This document shows, one piece after another, positions 28,890 to 38,955 of a DNA stretch of 64,000 nucleotides. Position 1 is the stretch's first letter; every line of letters begins with the position of its first letter. The translations under genes and the position numbers were made by a program. The notes beneath the pieces are model-generated. The model was given only the letters and a program-made list of their open reading frames with translations. It did no database searches and was not told the DNA's origin. This DNA is from Candidatus Bathyarchaeota archaeon. Its GTDB lineage: Archaea; Thermoproteota; Bathyarchaeia; 40CM-2-53-6. Location of the stretch: positions 3,183 through 67,182 of the forward strand of contig VBBR01000032.1 in the NCBI GenBank assembly GCA_005881615.1, given 5' to 3'.

Positions 28890-28978
28890 GAAGATGCCCT
28901 AGCAACAGGGGGCGAGAATAGTATATTATGATTGGGAACGATCAGTGCGATAAATTGCTCGATAGATTGATGAAGGAT

Positions 28979-29260
28979 CTAGTTCTTCCTGGCGGAAACC
29001 AGAGGCTTCTGAAGGGAAGTCCGAAACAGCCTTTTCTGAGTGGACCTGCGGTGCCGCCTCTCTAGCTCGCTCTTCAACCGTCTTTCCTCCGCCCCGTGTA
29101 GCCAGTCAGGGATTAGAAGAACCCGGATCAGTTCCTGGACAGTGACGCCTCTCTGAATTGCGAGTTGCTTGAGCCTTAGGTAAACGGCTCGGTCGAGGAC
29201 CTGCATGAACTTGACGGAGTCTTTGGTGCCCCGAGTTCTCGATACTGGCATAGGAACCAC
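28979..29260 (-). CDS. Small basic protein, ribbon-helix-helix-like
   Basis: KFMQVLDRAVYLRLKQLAIQRGVTVQELIR fits an RHH pattern. Confidence 0.55.
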   Translation of the reverse strand: MVPMPVSRTRGTKDSVKFMQVLDRAVYLRLKQLAIQRGVTVQELIRVLLIPDWLHGAEERRLKSELERRHRRSTQKRLFRTSLQKPLVSARKN

Positions 29261-29381
29261 GGGAGTCCACTACTATTCATGGCTCATCTACTCTTCTTAT
29301 AGAATAAACTCTAAACAAAAACAAGCTTCCAACCAGCAGGCGGAAATCGGTTAAATTGGACGACAAAGATAGGAACTGCTC

Positions 29382-30410
29382 ATGCTGGCTTGTCTAATCA
29401 ACGGACCTGGGCTTGCGGAGGTCAAAGAGGTCCCAGTTCCCAGACTCCAGCCGGGCGAAGTCTTGATCAAACTCGCAGCAGCCGGAATATGCGGGACTGA
29501 CGTCGAAAAAGTCCATGGTGCATATGGACTTGGCGGAATCCTCGGCCACGAAGTCAGCGGGACCATCGCCAGCGTAGGTGAGGGAGTGACCGATCTGAGA
29601 AAATCGGACAGAGTCATCGCGCATCATCACGCGCCATGCTACAATTGCGAATACTGCCGATACGGGGACCACACCATGTGCGATCTCTTCAAGAAAACAA
29701 ACTTTGATCCCTGCGGACTTGCAGAGTACTTCCGAGTTCCCGAGGCAAACGTCACTCGAGGAGCGGTAGTACGCTTGCCCAAAGAGACAAGCTTCGAAGA
29801 AGGATCCATGATAGAACCGACCGCCTGTTGCGTGAGGGCCCTCGGCAAGGCGGGAGTTAACCCTGGAGACAAAGTCCTCGTCGTAGGCCTAGGCCCGACT
29901 GGCCTGACACAAATACAATTACTCAGGAAAATGGGCGCGGCAAAAATAATCGGCGTCGATATTCTGCCCCATCGACTCGAAATGGCACAAAAGCTGGGGG
30001 CCGACGAGTCGATTGATCCTTCCTCAAAAGATGTCCCTAAACAAGTTACGAAATCAACCCGAGTTGGTGTTGATTTGGCAATCGTATCGACTGGGAATCA
30101 GAAGGCAATACAGCCCGCGCTTGCCTCGGTTAGAAAAGGGGGCAAACTCCTTCTGTTTGGCGCCCCCGCTCAAGGCGCGACCATTGATCTCGATGTCGGC
30201 GCGTTGTTCAGCCGGCAGATCTCAATTGTGACGAGCTATTCTTGTGTAGAATCGGATATTCATCGCGCTCTCGGATTTCTGGCAAAAAGAGAGATAGACC
30301 TTCGGTCTATGGTTACTGACCGATTTGCCTTACGAGACGCTCCAAAAGCGCTTGAGCATGCTCGAACTTCGAGAACTGCCGTCAAGACCGTGATCTTGTC
30401 CCAAGCGTAA
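29382..30410 (+). CDS. Zn-dependent alcohol dehydrogenase (sorbitol/threonine dehydrogenase-like)
   Basis: CGTD, GHE, CYNCEYC...C structural Zn site, GLGPTG. Confidence 0.93.
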   Translation: MLACLINGPGLAEVKEVPVPRLQPGEVLIKLAAAGICGTDVEKVHGAYGLGGILGHEVSGTIASVGEGVTDLRKSDRVIAHHHAPCYNCEYCRYGDHTMCDLFKKTNFDPCGLAEYFRVPEANVTRGAVVRLPKETSFEEGSMIEPTACCVRALGKAGVNPGDKVLVVGLGPTGLTQIQLLRKMGAAKIIGVDILPHRLEMAQKLGADESIDPSSKDVPKQVTKSTRVGVDLAIVSTGNQKAIQPALASVRKGGKLLLFGAPAQGATIDLDVGALFSRQISIVTSYSCVESDIHRALGFLAKREIDLRSMVTDRFALRDAPKALEHARTSRTAVKTVILSQA

Positions 30411-30449
30411 CACGATGCCAGAGGGAGTTGGCGCTAGTCTTTCCATGCT

Positions 30450-30779
30450 TTGTTCGAGGCGAATCTGACAACGCAATTTCAGTTTGACGAAAAGGTGGAC
30501 TTGGCGATAGGCAAGTCTGTGAAGGCCACGCTCAGGTTCTACAACGAGCTCAGAAAGCAAGCGGTTGCTCGAGGCGAGGTGGTGAAGCCTCCCAGCTACG
30601 AGACGTTCTCGACAATGGCGAGAGGCCTCATGGATGCAAACAAACAGGTTGATCTCGACCGACTGAAGAACGCGAGCATGCGAGACCTCTTCGAGCGAAC
30701 ATGGTCACAGAAGCTTCTCAACTATTCGACGCAGAAACTTCAGAGAGAGGCCTACGAGACTCTCATGAGGAGATACTAG
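30450..30779 (+). CDS. Hypothetical protein
   Basis: 109-aa helical ORF downstream of the ADH gene. Confidence 0.65.
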   Translation: MFEANLTTQFQFDEKVDLAIGKSVKATLRFYNELRKQAVARGEVVKPPSYETFSTMARGLMDANKQVDLDRLKNASMRDLFERTWSQKLLNYSTQKLQREAYETLMRRY

Positions 30780-31056
30780 GAGCATATTGCACTCGACGCT
30801 TTGTGACTCGACAACGGCTACGGCCCTCATAGATTCTCCTCAGTGGTCGTCGAAATTATCGAGGATCTTTCAGGCTCTAATAGATGTTCTCGTCCCACTT
30901 CTGGGACAAGATGCTGAATAAGCACTTTTCCAGACGATTTCATCTCAAAGAAACTATATTCTCGCTGCTTTTCGCTCTCGTCCCTCATGGATATTCTCGC
31001 GTTCTGCGTGAGTTTCAAATACTACCACGCTCCAGTGCACGCTCAACTGAATAGAA

Positions 31057-31200
31057 ATGCCACAAGCATACTGCGTCAAATGCAAAGCAAATATCGAGAT
31101 CAAGAACCCAACGAACGTCACGCTCAAGAACGGAAAGGCTGCGGTCAAAGGCGTATGCCCCAACTGCGGAACCTCCGTCTTCCGAATCGGAAAGGGTTAG
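31057..31200 (+). CDS. Small Zn-ribbon protein (DUF5679-like), not in the ORF track
   Basis: MPQAYCVKCKANIEIKNPTNVTLKNGKAAVKGVCPNCGTSVFRIGKG* (47 aa, two CxxC pairs). Confidence 0.85.
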   Translation: MPQAYCVKCKANIEIKNPTNVTLKNGKAAVKGVCPNCGTSVFRIGKG

Positions 31201-31275
31201 CGGCTCATCTTAAGCCTCGCGCTCCCCTCCAATATTTTTCCACGCTGAAACACTCCTCTCGTAGAACCTTTTAAC

Positions 31276-33069
31276 TTGAAGAGAGGTCTCTCTCATGAGA
31301 GAACGGTGAGTACGCTCCGCGTCGCATTAGTAATCGTCCTTATGCTGATTGCAACGATAAGTCTCTCTCACACACAAGGAGCGATGGGAACTAGCCCGGC
31401 CACTCAGATAAATCGACTCTTCTACCTCTCTTCCTCAGGGGCACTTAGTTCGGCACCCCCATCGGGAAGCGCGCTCCCTTCCATGTCCAACATAACCAGC
31501 TCGCCAAGCAGTTTTTCCATTCAAACACCTCTTCTCTCATCGGCTTCGATTATCGGGCAACCTACATTCTCTATGTGGACCGATTGGACTGGAAACAAGT
31601 CCGCCCCCCCGCCCCTCTTGATAGGAGTATTCAGTTATCGGCTCCCTGGACAGATTTGGTCTAACACGACATCGACGGCGCAAACGATTTCCTCAGGACT
31701 CGGACCTCAACATCTTAACCTCACCTTGCCAACGCTTAACGCCAATTTGCTAGAAGGCACGTCCTTAGCCATTCAAGTTGTTGCGACCTTAGTTCCTCGC
31801 CACTCAAACATTACTTTAGATTGGGGGTCCGGTTCCGCTCCTTCCTTTGTCGTGCTGCCGCTCTCGGGTTATACGTCGCTATTTCAGATTAGCATTCTCA
31901 ATCACGATGAAGTCCCGACTACCTACTTCAACGTAAATGCAACTCCTGGAAACAACATCGTTCTTGTTAAGGTACTCGTCAACTCGGCCTTTGGATGTTC
32001 AGACGTATCCAAAGTCAACATGACCATTGTGGATCCTCTTTCCCGTCCCGCAGTCGGCGCATCCAACAGGGCCATGCAACAAACCCCTCCATGCCCGGCG
32101 GGACAGAGTCCCTTCGAATTCATCGCCGCTTGGACCTATCTTCCGGGCGCTGCACAGGCAACTTATCAAGTGTGGGTGGATATTATCGACATACAAGGTA
32201 ACACCGCATACAGTTATCGTGGCCCGGCTAGCTTCGGGCTCGTTCCCCCTGGTTTTATCCCACCACCTTACGATCTGATCCCATATTTCGCTGTCGCTGG
32301 CATAGGAGTTGTAGGAGTCTCAGTTGGAGCATTCTATTATCGAAGGAGAAGGGGCAAGAGCTACCTAGCCCCATTTGCACACTTCAACACCCTAACTTCC
32401 GGCGAATTGAACGGAGGAACCGTATCCATTGAAGGCAACACAGGATCGGGGAAAACCATTCTGTCCGAACAACTCATGTTCGAGGACCTCAAGCGAGGGA
32501 AGCCATGCATCTTCGTCTCCACCGGTGACTTTCCCTCTAACGTAAGATCGGGGATGAAGTCAATGGGTCTTGACGTAAGGGGTTACGAACAGAGCGGGCT
32601 CCTGACGTTTGTGGATGGATACTCGGCTGAGGCGGGGCAGGAATCGACCGAGAAATTTTCAGTCCCATCCATTGGGGACCTGACGACGCTGGGCATGAAG
32701 ATCTCATCATCTCTACCATCGCAGTCCAAGGGGGCGAGCCTCTACTTCGATTCCCTGGTCCCCCTAGCATCCAAGACGAAGCCGGAGAGTATCGTCTCGT
32801 TTGTCCAGTCGATTGGTGCGAAAATGAGAGGGATCGGAGGAAAGGCGGTTTTCACTCTGGGCCCCAGCGTCGATCCGATGGTGCAGAAACAACTAGAGGA
32901 CATGTCGGACTGTGTTGTCCAAATGGAAGCATTCGAAGAGCGCGGAGTTCGTCGTAGACGACTAAAGATTGCAAAGCTTAGAGCGAGGAGGCATCAGGAA
33001 GGTTGGAACGTCTTCGCCATAGAAGATGGAAAGGGAATAATCTTCTATTCGAAGAGGCCTAAGACCTAG
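31276..33069 (+). CDS. Single-pass membrane protein: extracellular beta-rich domain plus cytoplasmic KaiC/RAD55-like ATPase
   Basis: Signal peptide, S/T-rich beta domain, TM helix YFAVAGIGVVGVSVGAFYY followed by RRRRGK, GNTGSGKT, FVDGY, YFDS, KLR. Confidence 0.82.
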   Translation: MKRGLSHERTVSTLRVALVIVLMLIATISLSHTQGAMGTSPATQINRLFYLSSSGALSSAPPSGSALPSMSNITSSPSSFSIQTPLLSSASIIGQPTFSMWTDWTGNKSAPPPLLIGVFSYRLPGQIWSNTTSTAQTISSGLGPQHLNLTLPTLNANLLEGTSLAIQVVATLVPRHSNITLDWGSGSAPSFVVLPLSGYTSLFQISILNHDEVPTTYFNVNATPGNNIVLVKVLVNSAFGCSDVSKVNMTIVDPLSRPAVGASNRAMQQTPPCPAGQSPFEFIAAWTYLPGAAQATYQVWVDIIDIQGNTAYSYRGPASFGLVPPGFIPPPYDLIPYFAVAGIGVVGVSVGAFYYRRRRGKSYLAPFAHFNTLTSGELNGGTVSIEGNTGSGKTILSEQLMFEDLKRGKPCIFVSTGDFPSNVRSGMKSMGLDVRGYEQSGLLTFVDGYSAEAGQESTEKFSVPSIGDLTTLGMKISSSLPSQSKGASLYFDSLVPLASKTKPESIVSFVQSIGAKMRGIGGKAVFTLGPSVDPMVQKQLEDMSDCVVQMEAFEERGVRRRRLKIAKLRARRHQEGWNVFAIEDGKGIIFYSKRPKT

Positions 33070-33815
33070 AATACCTTGTCGCGCGGGAAAACCTCTATTC
33101 CGGCGGTCCCAAATTGATATGGACGAATCTGCGTGTCATGAGCAATTCCACGCATTTTTTCGACTTGTACCGCTCGGACGAAGTTTCCTTGATGCATGAG
33201 TGTGTGAAGTACAACTACTCCGTGTGAAAGAAACTCCTCAAGTTGAAATCTTCGGTCCAAAAGCGATGTCTTCAACTCGCTCGTCACCAGAGAAGTGCAA
33301 CCCGTATCGGCCAGTGCATCGAAGAATTCCACGGTTGCTCTCCGTCTTTTCACCTCATCCCCGTACCTCAACATAATAGATGTGATAGGGTCGAGAGCGA
33401 TCCGCTCTACGTTCTCGCCCTCAACTAGTTTTGTAAGAGTTTTCAAGACCTCGGTGAAGCCGACCCCTTCAGAGGAGTCGGAAGAAAATAGCGCGTGAGG
33501 TCCATTGTTCTTGGTCTTAGTTCTCCGGAGACCGCTGGCGTCTAAGAACAGGAGTCGGCCTTTCTTCTCGACGCTATCCAGGTCCCAGTTGTAAGATTGA
33601 AAGTTCTGTTTGATCATGTCAGGATATTCGTCCAGAGTAACGTAGAGTCCTGTTTCGCCTTGAAGCGCCCCGCTGTAGAGATACTGAATCGCAAAAGTCG
33701 TCTTTCCGGAGCCAGGGCTCCCAACTACCAGAATGCATTTTCCCAAAGGGAAGCCTCCCCCGAGAAGCTCGTCGAGGCCTTTGATCCCTGTGGGAACTCT
33801 GTCCAACGCGATCAT
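33066..33815 (-). CDS. KaiC-like (RecA superfamily) ATPase
   Basis: PTGIKGLDELLGGGFP, GSPGSGKT, IALDP, VEKMRG. Confidence 0.92.
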   Translation of the reverse strand: MIALDRVPTGIKGLDELLGGGFPLGKCILVVGSPGSGKTTFAIQYLYSGALQGETGLYVTLDEYPDMIKQNFQSYNWDLDSVEKKGRLLFLDASGLRRTKTKNNGPHALFSSDSSEGVGFTEVLKTLTKLVEGENVERIALDPITSIMLRYGDEVKRRRATVEFFDALADTGCTSLVTSELKTSLLDRRFQLEEFLSHGVVVLHTLMHQGNFVRAVQVEKMRGIAHDTQIRPYQFGTAGIEVFPRDKVF

Positions 33816-33862
33816 TAATCAGGCGGTTATCAATGTATAAAAATAGTATTTCGAAATCAGCC

Positions 33863-34738
33863 CTAGACTTCCCGGAATTTTCCAGGTGGATTTTCCAGCC
33901 ATATTTTTGAAGAAACGACTCTAGAACTCACCTTCTCAGTTAGCACTGTGCGTGCTATGTGTCGATTTGCGGGGTCAGCTGCTAGGTTGCAGCCGAGAGC
34001 GAAGCACCAGCATACGCCGATTAGGAGAAGGAAGATGTAAGCGAGGGTGCTGAAGATTGGCCGGGTTAGGGCAGTGTAGAGGAGCGAGAAGCCCCCTGAT
34101 GCACCTATCACCATGGAGAGAATCGTGGTGTGGAAGGGACCCACATCAATGCTCCGAAGCCTCAGCCCTCCAAAGTATGGAAGCGCAAGGGCAACCAGCG
34201 GGAGCATTAGTGATGAGGTCATCGTGAGTGTCACAAAATCCTGAGTTATCAGGCTGACAATGTCTGTTGTCCGGGCGAGAGGCGAGATCAAGGGGAGGTC
34301 TTTGTGATTGGCTTCGTAGGTTGCAAAAGGTACTACAACCGCGAGGATGAATCCGAAGTACATGATCTGTCTACGAAGTTTCAGTCGCAAACCGCGGGAG
34401 GCTTGGACCGTTGAGAGTTCTGAGGTCTTGGATCCGATTACGTGAGTTCCCTTTGTGATGAAGAGATAGAGCTTAATCGCCTTCGTTGATATGACCCCGC
34501 CAAAGAAGTACATGTACGTGAACCCTATTGGAATGCCAATAAGAGAGATTACGAGGGTCAACGTCGCGCTCAACGTTAATGTGAGGAGTCCTAACTGCGC
34601 ATTTCTTGGCAGTATTCTATTCGCCGACTCGAGGATGGGAAGAACTGTAGATGATCCGATGAAAAAGAGAGCGAAAGTGGCAGCGCAGCAGACGAGTAAG
34701 TTTCGTCGGTTGTGTGAGCTTCCAGTGCCGCCTGACAA
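33863..34738 (-). CDS. Multi-pass membrane protein, hypothetical
   Basis: About 6 hydrophobic segments; co-oriented upstream of the KaiC-like gene. Confidence 0.7.
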   Translation of the reverse strand: MSGGTGSSHNRRNLLVCCAATFALFFIGSSTVLPILESANRILPRNAQLGLLTLTLSATLTLVISLIGIPIGFTYMYFFGGVISTKAIKLYLFITKGTHVIGSKTSELSTVQASRGLRLKLRRQIMYFGFILAVVVPFATYEANHKDLPLISPLARTTDIVSLITQDFVTLTMTSSLMLPLVALALPYFGGLRLRSIDVGPFHTTILSMVIGASGGFSLLYTALTRPIFSTLAYIFLLLIGVCWCFALGCNLAADPANRHIARTVLTEKVSSRVVSSKIWLENPPGKFREV

Positions 34739-34827
34739 CGTTGCCCGAGTTGAGAATCCGGTTATTGAACAATATTTAGGAAGGCTGGTCCTCTAGCTCC
34801 ATCTAGCTAGTTAATGGAGAACTTCTC

Positions 34828-35604
34828 TTGCCTGAAGAAATGGATCTGATTCTAAAGATCGTTAGGACGTATCGTCCGACCGGCCGTGTGTCGATCCGAC
34901 GGATCGGGAGTTTCGTCAATGATGTATTCCTGGTTAAGGTGGACAACGAGAAACTGGTGGCCAAAAGGTACACGAACTGGGTGTCTCTCAAGTGGGTGAC
35001 GTTGAGTCTCTTTGGCCTGGGTTCGGTTCACTTCTCGATATCCGGGAAGAGACGGATGGAGGCTGAGTATGCCTTCAACGACCTTTTGTCACGTCGGGGG
35101 ATACCAGTGCCCTCGATTCTTGGGGCTGACCAGAAATCTAGGACGATACTGTTCTCCTTCGTTTCCGGCGACCAATTATCCAGTCTTCTTCCCAAGTTGG
35201 CCGGGGTTGCTCAAATAGGACAAAGGGAGCGAGAAGCAGCGTACCAGGCTGGAAAACTGATGGCGGGTGCACATCAGCTCGAAGCTTCGCTAGGCGATAC
35301 GAAGCCAGAGAACTTTCTCGTTGAAAAGAAAGGCGAGGTAACCCTCGTCGACCTTGAGCAAGCTCGCCACAGAGGGGATTATGCTTGGGATTTGGCGGAG
35401 TTCCTATTCTATTCAGGTCATTACTGGTTCTCGTTCAACAAAACTCTCGAGGGATACGTTGATTCCTTCATCAAGGGCTACAAGGAGCAAGGAAGTGCGA
35501 GCACGATAAGAGCTGCCGCCTCTCCACGATACGTTAGAGTCTTCTCCGTATGGACTCCCCCGAATATCCTGCATAACATGAGAAAGAAACTAACGGAGAT
35601 CTAA
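34828..35604 (+). CDS. Protein-kinase-like superfamily protein (Bud32/RIO/Kdo-like)
   Basis: LVAKRY, LGDTKPENFLV catalytic loop, LVDLEQ, WDLAEF. Confidence 0.82.
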   Translation: MPEEMDLILKIVRTYRPTGRVSIRRIGSFVNDVFLVKVDNEKLVAKRYTNWVSLKWVTLSLFGLGSVHFSISGKRRMEAEYAFNDLLSRRGIPVPSILGADQKSRTILFSFVSGDQLSSLLPKLAGVAQIGQREREAAYQAGKLMAGAHQLEASLGDTKPENFLVEKKGEVTLVDLEQARHRGDYAWDLAEFLFYSGHYWFSFNKTLEGYVDSFIKGYKEQGSASTIRAAASPRYVRVFSVWTPPNILHNMRKKLTEI

Positions 35605-35632
35605 AGGCACCGTGATTCCTATAACTTGGTAA

Positions 35633-35692
35633 AATCGCCCATAATCAGCCTTGATCGCGATTCTGGGATGCCGTCTGATTGCGCGGCACGAG
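35633..35692 (+). repeat. 60-bp dispersed repeat, copy 1
   Basis: aatcgcccataatcagccttgatcgcgattctgggatgccgtctgattgcgcggcacgag; 59/60 identical to the reverse complement of 40416-40475. Confidence 0.9.
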
Positions 35693-35979
35693 CGGTTTTC
35701 CCGGGAGTTCTCAGGTGGTAAGGTCGGCTATTTTCAGCCTTGATTCGTGATTTGAACAGGCTCGTCCGAACATGTGATATTTCGTGCTGTAAACCCGGAT
35801 AATTCCCGATCAGCAAAAGCCTGGATCGTGCTTTGATTGTTCTGTCTCGCCCATAATCACCATCAGACAGGAAATGTTCCAGGAAAAAATAGGGGGTATT
35901 AGCGACCGACCCTAGCACCGCATGAGCGGTTCTGCGAGATTGTACGGACAGGCGCTTAAACGAGGAGAGAAGGGATGTT

Positions 35980-37629
35980 CTAGAACTCTTCGTCGCCGCC
36001 GGGCGGTTTGAAGTCTTTTCCGCCACCGGCACCCTTGTCGACTCCTTTGGACGCGATGACATCGTCTATTCTCAGAATCATCGATGCAGCTTCGGAGGCG
36101 GATTTGATCACCTGCTGCTTGACTCTCAAGGGTTCGAGAACGTTCAGTTTTCGCATATCCTTCACATCACCCGTGAAGACGTCGATTCCGAACCATGGGC
36201 TCCCCGCTCGCTCGTGCTTTGAGCGCAGTTCGACCAAGACATCAATCGGGTCGAAGCCAGCGTTTTCTGCAAGCGTAGTTGGCACGGCTTCGAGTGATTC
36301 CGCGAATGCTTCGATTGCGAGCTGTTCTCTTCCGCCTACTTTTACCGCGTATTCTCGGAGGCGCTTGGCCAACTCTGCCTCAGGCGCTCCTCCCCCAGCA
36401 ACAATCTTGCCGTCTTCTAGAGCGTTTCTCACAACGCATAGCGCGTCGTGAAGTGATCTGTCCGCTTCATCGACTACATGTTCCGTTCCTCCACGAATTA
36501 CAATCGTGACTGCTTTCGGGTTCTTGGAATCGCGAATGTAGAGAAGTTTGTCATCGCCAATCTTGACTTCCTCGATAAGTTTCGCTTCTCCTAATGCGTC
36601 TTTCGCTAGATCTTTGACGCTGGCAACTATTCGTGCGCCTGTAGCCTTGGAAATTTTCTCCATATCGCCGCTGCTGACGTTCTTGACTGCGCCTATTCCT
36701 TTCTTTGCTAGATAGTGTAGTGCAACATCGTCTATTCCTTTCTCGCTAAAGACAATATTCGCGCCGGTTTTTTCGATCTGCGAAACCATGTCAACCAGCA
36801 TTTTCTCTTCTTCTTCAATGAAGAGGTGCATCTGGTCAGGATTGTTGATGTTGATCTTTGCATCGAACTCCGTCTTCTCCACTTCGATCTTGGCGTTGAG
36901 TAGAGCGATTCGCGCGCCTGTTATCGTCTTCGGCATTTGAGCATGGGCGAGTTCTTTGTCGATGACAATTCCCTTGACGAGTTCCGTTTCTTCGAGGCTC
37001 TTGCCATGTTTCTTGAGAATCTTGATCTGATCGATATCAGCCTTGATCTTACCATCGGTTTTCTCAGCAATATGCTTTACAGCTTTGACGGCGATATCCG
37101 AGAAGTGTTCTTTCGCAACCGCAATGCCCTTGCTGTACATCGATGTGGTTGCGACTTGTCGAAGGATCACATCGTCCTTCTCTGAGATAGGGATCGATAA
37201 CTTCTCAAGGATCTCGATCGCTTTCTCTGCCGCCTTCTTGTAACCATCAACAATCACTGTTGGATGGACATCCTTGTCCAACAACTTCTCCGCCTTCTCC
37301 AGAAGTTCGCCAGACAATAGGACGGCAGTCGTAGTTCCGTCGCCAACCTCGTTATCTTGGGTTTTGGATACTTCAACAAGCATTTTCGCGGCTGGATGCT
37401 GCACGTCAAGCTCCTTCATTATCGTCGCCCCATCGTTCGTGATCGTCACGTCGCCGATACTGCTTACCAGCATCTTGTCCATTCCTCGGGGTCCGAGGGT
37501 GGAGCGCACGGTTTCCGCTACAACCTTTGCAGCCGTGATGTTATTCCTCTGAGCTTCCTTACCAGTTGATCGTCCTGTTCCTTCCTTTAGGATATAGACA
37601 GGTACTCCTTGGGATCCTTGTGCAGACAT
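35980..37629 (-). CDS. ths: Thermosome subunit (group II chaperonin)
   Basis: STLGPRGMDKML, TNDGATI, GDGTTT, GGGAPE, ILRIDD. Start placed at MSAQGSQG. Confidence 0.97.
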   Translation of the reverse strand: MSAQGSQGVPVYILKEGTGRSTGKEAQRNNITAAKVVAETVRSTLGPRGMDKMLVSSIGDVTITNDGATIMKELDVQHPAAKMLVEVSKTQDNEVGDGTTTAVLLSGELLEKAEKLLDKDVHPTVIVDGYKKAAEKAIEILEKLSIPISEKDDVILRQVATTSMYSKGIAVAKEHFSDIAVKAVKHIAEKTDGKIKADIDQIKILKKHGKSLEETELVKGIVIDKELAHAQMPKTITGARIALLNAKIEVEKTEFDAKININNPDQMHLFIEEEEKMLVDMVSQIEKTGANIVFSEKGIDDVALHYLAKKGIGAVKNVSSGDMEKISKATGARIVASVKDLAKDALGEAKLIEEVKIGDDKLLYIRDSKNPKAVTIVIRGGTEHVVDEADRSLHDALCVVRNALEDGKIVAGGGAPEAELAKRLREYAVKVGGREQLAIEAFAESLEAVPTTLAENAGFDPIDVLVELRSKHERAGSPWFGIDVFTGDVKDMRKLNVLEPLRVKQQVIKSASEAASMILRIDDVIASKGVDKGAGGGKDFKPPGGDEEF

Positions 37630-37879
37630 TCTTTCAAGCCTTCTCGAATTGGAATTCGAAAGCAAGGGAGAACGGGATTTCTTAAGGTTTACCCGCTTCC
37701 CGACTGGAACCGAGGATTGTTCAGGTCAGAATCTAGACGTGCGTCGTTTCGATAGGAGATTGTTGGTGCTGTTGTTAGGATTGAGAACGTTTTGCCGAGG
37801 TTTGCAACTCAACTAGGACTTGAATGATACAAGACCAGTACCACTTTCTTCTTTCAAGGGGCAAGCCTGAAGGTACCTT

Positions 37880-38311
37880 ATGGCTTCATCGCAGAACCCG
37901 ATGGCATATTTGCTGGAAAATGGCCTTCGGAGAGTCGAAAGCGAGAGGCCCGAACTTTCGAACGACTCTAGGTATCAGGAGCTGAAGGAGCAACTGCTTC
38001 AAGATGCCGAGGGCCATTTCCGGGAGATACAGGCCACCTATGCGACTATTCTGAAGACCCAATGCCATTGCGGGGGCCAATTGGAGCCGGTGGACCACGA
38101 CTTCGGCAAGTCAGGAGGCACAATCTATGACAGCGTTATCGCAAAATGCAAGTCCTGTGGCGAGGCGCAGGCTTTCCAATTTCCTAAAGAGGGATTCATC
38201 TCGGAAGCTCGATCAGCCATGGCATTGAGAGACTATCTTCAAGCTACGTACGCGATCGACTACGCGGGCGCAGTCAGAAGCGATCTTGAGAGTCGTGCCG
38301 TAAGACACTAG
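37880..38311 (+). CDS. Hypothetical protein with a CxC...CxxC Zn-ribbon
   Basis: QCHCGG...KCKSCG. Confidence 0.7.
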   Translation: MASSQNPMAYLLENGLRRVESERPELSNDSRYQELKEQLLQDAEGHFREIQATYATILKTQCHCGGQLEPVDHDFGKSGGTIYDSVIAKCKSCGEAQAFQFPKEGFISEARSAMALRDYLQATYAIDYAGAVRSDLESRAVRH

Positions 38312-38335
38312 AGTCTTCAGGTCCCCGTCCGCAAC

Positions 38336-38899
38336 CTAAGTGCCAACGGTTTTCTCGTACATTTTCCGGAATGTCCATCTGACAGCGTTCTTAATCTCGC
38401 TAAGACGAGTCTCGTCCCCATAGTTCTTGACGCGCAGCTGTTTCAGAAGGTTGCCCTCCTGATCGAGATCAAAAGACAACACTCGATCCGGGGATAATCC
38501 GCCCTTTCGTACAGCTTCTTCGTCTTTCTTCTGCATTGGCTCAAGCACCTTTCCGAGAAGGAAAGGCCGGAACGGCGGAGTATTGGTGTCGAACTTCATG
38601 CCTTCACCTAGTACGACGCGTAGGTTTGGGCCGTCAACGTGCATGTCAGCTAAAACCACTCCGCTGATCGTTCTAATGCTCTGCGGAGGAGCCTCCTGTT
38701 TCTTTGTGTCCTGCGCCAGAGTTTTCGGAACCTCAACTCTTCGATAGCTTCGCTCAGTGAGTAGGAGATCTATTACTTCTAGGAAGGATCTCAGTGTTCT
38801 GATCTCTTCCTCATCTTCTAGAACTTTCTTTTCGAGGTAAGCTTTCAGCTCGGCAAGCTTCTTTGTCGACCGTTCTCTCAGCTCTGACATAATCGTCAC
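38336..38899 (-). CDS. Hypothetical protein (N-terminal coiled coil)
   Basis: 187-aa ORF, KLAELKAYLEKKV coiled coil, RWTFRKMYEK C-terminus. Confidence 0.75.
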   Translation of the reverse strand: MTIMSELRERSTKKLAELKAYLEKKVLEDEEEIRTLRSFLEVIDLLLTERSYRRVEVPKTLAQDTKKQEAPPQSIRTISGVVLADMHVDGPNLRVVLGEGMKFDTNTPPFRPFLLGKVLEPMQKKDEEAVRKGGLSPDRVLSFDLDQEGNLLKQLRVKNYGDETRLSEIKNAVRWTFRKMYEKTVGT

Positions 38900-38955
38900 A
38901 TGGTTGGTCGTATTGGGATTCTTAAATAATCCGAAGGCTGGTCAAACGTTGAGTT

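Noticed and set aside
35619-36062. 147-aa minus-strand ORF after the thermosome
   Set aside because: It overlaps the thermosome 3' end and the repeat-containing intergenic region, and has no recognisable motifs.
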